Below the pieces are notes generated by a model. It was not told the origin of the DNA. It saw only the letters and a program-made list of their open reading frames with translations, and made no database searches. The position numbers were made by a program, and so were the translations under genes. A stretch of DNA of 32,000 nucleotides, from NCBI GenBank assembly GCA_963675515.1, contig OY776328.1, forward strand, positions 2,760,001 to 2,792,000, given 5' to 3'. The DNA comes from Coprobacillaceae bacterium. GTDB taxonomy: Bacteria > Bacillota_I > Bacilli_A > Erysipelotrichales > Coprobacillaceae. Positions 29,428 through 32,000 of this stretch are shown piece by piece (positions within the stretch are counted from its first letter, which is position 1; the number at the start of each line of letters is the position of its first letter).

Positions 29428-29902
29428 CGTTGATCATCTCCTTCAACAGCAGTCTGGACTTACTCAATCTGGACTTGACGGTACCTGGGGGAATATTTAA
29501 AATCGCTGCGGTTTCACCGATGTCGAGCTCTCTGAAATAGTACAAGACTACTGTCAGTCGAAGTTTTTCAGGAAGTCTTTTAACCGCAGCATGAAGGTCA
29601 CTAAAGTCCTCTTTTTCTTCCGTGGCAGCTTTTTCAAGTACTGCGTCCTTCGCCTCCTGAGAGTCAAATAGGTCGAAGATCAGGCTGAGTTTTTTCTTTC
29701 GCAACTGATTCTTGTAGGTGTTAACGCATATCCGTGTCAGCCAACCTTCAAATTCATACTCAGAGTTGTAGTGGTCAAATTTTTGATGGGCCTTCAGCCA
29801 GGTCTCCTGGTACAAATCATCGGCATCATCAGGGTTTTGGCACAGTGTCCGACATAGACCATAAAGGCGCCTTCCATGTTTTTCTATGTAATCATCGAGC
29901 AC
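29411..29902 (-). CDS. ECF-type RNA polymerase sigma-70 family factor
   Basis: ORF track ORF, trimmed to the GTG with strong SD AGGGAGGTG. Region 2 is DDADDLYQETWLKAHQKFDHY. Region 4 is LPEKLRLTVVLYYFRELDIGETAAILNIPPGTVKSRL. Confidence 0.85.
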   Translation of the reverse strand: MLDDYIEKHGRRLYGLCRTLCQNPDDADDLYQETWLKAHQKFDHYNSEYEFEGWLTRICVNTYKNQLRKKKLSLIFDLFDSQEAKDAVLEKAATEEKEDFSDLHAAVKRLPEKLRLTVVLYYFRELDIGETAAILNIPPGTVKSRLSKSRLLLKEMINDEIEL

Positions 29903-29924
29903 TTTACCACCTCCCTTACTAACA

Positions 29925-29952
29925 TATACGAATGCCGACACCAAACGGTTCA
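29925..29952 (-). promoter_or_regulatory. ECF-type (autoregulatory) promoter
   Basis: The minus strand reads TGAACC-N16-CGTATA, 22 nt upstream of the GTG. The AAC / CGT signature is typical of ECF promoters. Confidence 0.55.
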
Positions 29953-30004
29953 TTCATTTTTGATTTTTTGTTTATATTTTTTGTTCAGAAGATGGATATC
30001 AGGA

Positions 30005-30038
30005 TAAAAAAGAACTGCCGGCCTCTTTGCGGCAGTTC
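30005..30038 (-). terminator. Rho-independent terminator after the 30078-30704 gene
   Basis: The minus strand reads GAACTGCCG-caaagaggc-CGGCAGTTC followed by TTTTTTAT. Confidence 0.75.
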
Positions 30039-30077
30039 CTTAAGATGCATTAGCCCTTCCTTCTTACTCATTAATGA

Positions 30078-30704
30078 TTACCTTAGATCAACCTCAGTGA
30101 TATAGTAATCTTTTCCGTCATACACTCCAGCGCGGATCTTCAGCCCGCCAATGGATGTATCCAGACGCGCTGAGATCCGTTGCGTCATATCATTGAAATT
30201 GGTATCAACCTGCAAAGTATCAAGGACGGGTGGATCCCAGGATAAATCAACAACATATTGGTTCTGGCTTAGGCGAGTGGTCACGTCACGCTCGAGAAGT
30301 CCCGGTGAATTGTACTCCTCAAAGATATTGACTCTGTATTGCAGATCATCAAAGTCTTTACCAAATGCTTCAGATATGACTTTACGAAGATAATCGGTAC
30401 AGCGGGCAGCCGCATATCGATCGATACGGTCCGCTTCATCCAGAGTCGAAGTGAATATTATTTCAGGCTGACTCTGCGAAGATATCCTGAATGAAAATTC
30501 CTTGCGCTTATAGTCGTAGCTTGAACTTACAATCTTAAAATCTTCATCATAACTTGTTTCATATGCCTTAATGATTGCTCTTTGCTGGCTGAATCGCTCA
30601 ATGATGTTACCTGAAAAAGTCATATAGAAATAGAACACGAAGGCAAGTGCAGTAAGGAGAAGAAATCCTATAACACCAACAAGTCGCTTCGTTCTCTTTT
30701 TCAT
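30078..30704 (-). CDS. Hypothetical N-terminally membrane-anchored protein
   Basis: ORF track, 208 aa. One TM helix (LVGVIGFLLLTALAFVFYFY). SD AAAGGAGAA. I recognise no family. Confidence 0.6.
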   Translation of the reverse strand: MKKRTKRLVGVIGFLLLTALAFVFYFYMTFSGNIIERFSQQRAIIKAYETSYDEDFKIVSSSYDYKRKEFSFRISSQSQPEIIFTSTLDEADRIDRYAAARCTDYLRKVISEAFGKDFDDLQYRVNIFEEYNSPGLLERDVTTRLSQNQYVVDLSWDPPVLDTLQVDTNFNDMTQRISARLDTSIGGLKIRAGVYDGKDYYITEVDLR

Positions 30705-30996
30705 TTTTCAGTTCTCCTTTCTAAATTATTTTTCTCATAGCAACATATTCTTCCGTATTTATAAGTATTATATTACACCCATTAAGGTATAGGTTAATAT
30801 AGTTACAAATAGACTCATGACAGGCAAGCTGGAGATGTCACAAAGACTAAACGCAGAGCTATTTTGCGGCATTTTGACCGTGTCTCTTAACGGTAAGAAT
30901 GCCGCTTAGGGTGGTTGCCGGGATGCGATGGCAATGTCATTCTTCACAGCAACTTCGAATGAAGATGCTTCAATATTTGAATTCCTGAGTCAGTAT

Positions 30997-31944
30997 TTAT
31001 TTTTGTGAGCACTTCCAGAGTGCCATAGGGTGGTTTCGAATACGTTCTACGATTTCGGTTGATTCAAAAAGCAGCTCCGGCTGATATGTCTTATTCCTAA
31101 AGGCATCCAGGAATTCCTGTTCGTTGTCCTCAAGCTTTAGAAGCGATTCAAGCCAGGCCTTGACTTGCATCTGAGCAGTCTTAAGATCAATTTTGTCCTT
31201 GTTTCGTAATACAGGATAAAGGTCTGTCTTGATACGATTCTGAGTGACTTGATCGATCGTGTTAAATTGGAACTCAAAAGGCGGAGATTCCGCGCCTATC
31301 GCGCTGTAAAAAACAACACACTTCCTGAGCAGGGGCTCCTCTGACTCATCAATCAACCCAAATTTCACCAGATTATAAATGTCATAAAGATCTCGTGGTG
31401 CCGTTCGATTGATCAAAGCAACGATTTTACTTGCAAATATTTCGATGGGGGCCACACTAAGAACAGAAACTCCAATTGGTTCCCAGGAAGATTCAAAATG
31501 TCTTTGTTCAGTTTCACAAACATGACAGCGAAGCATATAGTTGATTTCAACCTTAATGTTATCCTTCATGCCTCCTGAATTTGAGTATTCATAAACAAAA
31601 GAATCAAGAGCATGGTATTGCTTCGATTTGGGACTTAACAAATAGCCGTTAGCTTTCATAAATTTTTCGATTCGGTCATTGATGATTGATCTTGTCGCCA
31701 TCATTTCATCCCGAGTGACGTTTTTTGAAAAATCCAGATCAATATCAACAGACAACCTTGGCAAATTGAAAATTGTCAGGTTGATGGCCGTTCCGCCCTT
31801 TAGAGCCAAAGAGTTCCCTAGCAAAGCGTCATTTTCGAAAAACTTCAGTATATCAGTCAATCTGCAAACTTTCTCATATGTATCTCGCACAAAACCAAGT
31901 TCCTTAGCTTGTTTCCCCAACAATAACTTGTTCCACTCAGGCAT
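30997..31944 (-). CDS. AbiEii/DUF1814-family nucleotidyltransferase (type IV toxin-antitoxin / abortive-infection toxin)
   Basis: ORF track ORF, trimmed to MPEWNKLLL (SD AAGGGGG). LALKGGTAINL...LPRLSVDIDLDF nucleotidyltransferase motif and a ~315-aa size typical of the family. Confidence 0.75.
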   Translation of the reverse strand: MPEWNKLLLGKQAKELGFVRDTYEKVCRLTDILKFFENDALLGNSLALKGGTAINLTIFNLPRLSVDIDLDFSKNVTRDEMMATRSIINDRIEKFMKANGYLLSPKSKQYHALDSFVYEYSNSGGMKDNIKVEINYMLRCHVCETEQRHFESSWEPIGVSVLSVAPIEIFASKIVALINRTAPRDLYDIYNLVKFGLIDESEEPLLRKCVVFYSAIGAESPPFEFQFNTIDQVTQNRIKTDLYPVLRNKDKIDLKTAQMQVKAWLESLLKLEDNEQEFLDAFRNKTYQPELLFESTEIVERIRNHPMALWKCSQK

Positions 31945-32000
31945 TGAGATCAACCCCCTTACTGAGGATTGATTCAATATTCTCAGGGGCAAAAATCATC
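31937..32000 (-). CDS. 3' end of an upstream gene overlapping AbiEii by 8 nt; its position suggests an AbiEi-type antitoxin (partial)
   Basis: My translation is ...IFAPENIESILSKGVDLNA*. The stop (comp 31937-31939) overlaps the AbiEii ATG region. Only 21 codons are visible, so the call rests on position alone. Confidence 0.35.
   Translation of the reverse strand, partial: MIFAPENIESILSKGVDLNA

Overview
This looks like a low-GC Gram-positive (Bacillota-like) chromosomal window with a mosaic layout. I recognised protein families by eye from motifs, and no database search was possible. The GC-richer middle (about 13.4-20.5 kb) carries housekeeping genes: a [4Fe-4S] RNA uracil-methyltransferase, a membrane GGDEF cyclase with a small partner ORF, a DUF2202-like lipoprotein and a tightly coupled tgt-queA-queH queuosine operon. 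The AT-rich flanks are accessory and heavily reworked by insertion sequences. There are two near-identical 1214-bp IS3-family copies in inverted orientation (8422-9635 and 22925-24138) and a third, different IS3-family element (25572-26866). There are also fragments of an IS1634-like and an IS3-like transposase, and at least eight truncated or frameshifted genes. These include two GH1 phospho-beta-glucosidase fragments, a PTS EIIB stub, a nucleotidyltransferase, a lipoprotein and a small membrane protein. The clearest regulatory signal is four MerR-type promoters (TTGACT, 19-bp spacer with a dyad, then the -10), which fall into two operator classes. Class 1 (637-667 and 1292-1322) links two AdhR/NmlR-like MerR paralogues to a DXS-like TPP enzyme and to an AKR / Fe-ADH / MerR / SemiSWEET operon. 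Class 2 (7770-7800 and 9818-9848) links a MerR/GyrI-like regulator to a Cys-nucleophile alpha/beta hydrolase and to an IS-destroyed PTS-GH1 operon. The right end carries an ECF sigma operon with an apparent autoregulatory GAACC-N16-CGTATA promoter and a multidomain zinc-ribbon membrane protein, followed by an AbiEii-type nucleotidyltransferase whose partner gene is cut by the window edge. I found no rRNA, tRNA or CRISPR array. I found no clearly novel multi-gene defence system. The best candidates for follow-up are the class-1 MerR regulon, the ECF module, the GGDEF + 99-aa ORF pair and a repeat-bearing 440-bp intergenic region (21286-21727).
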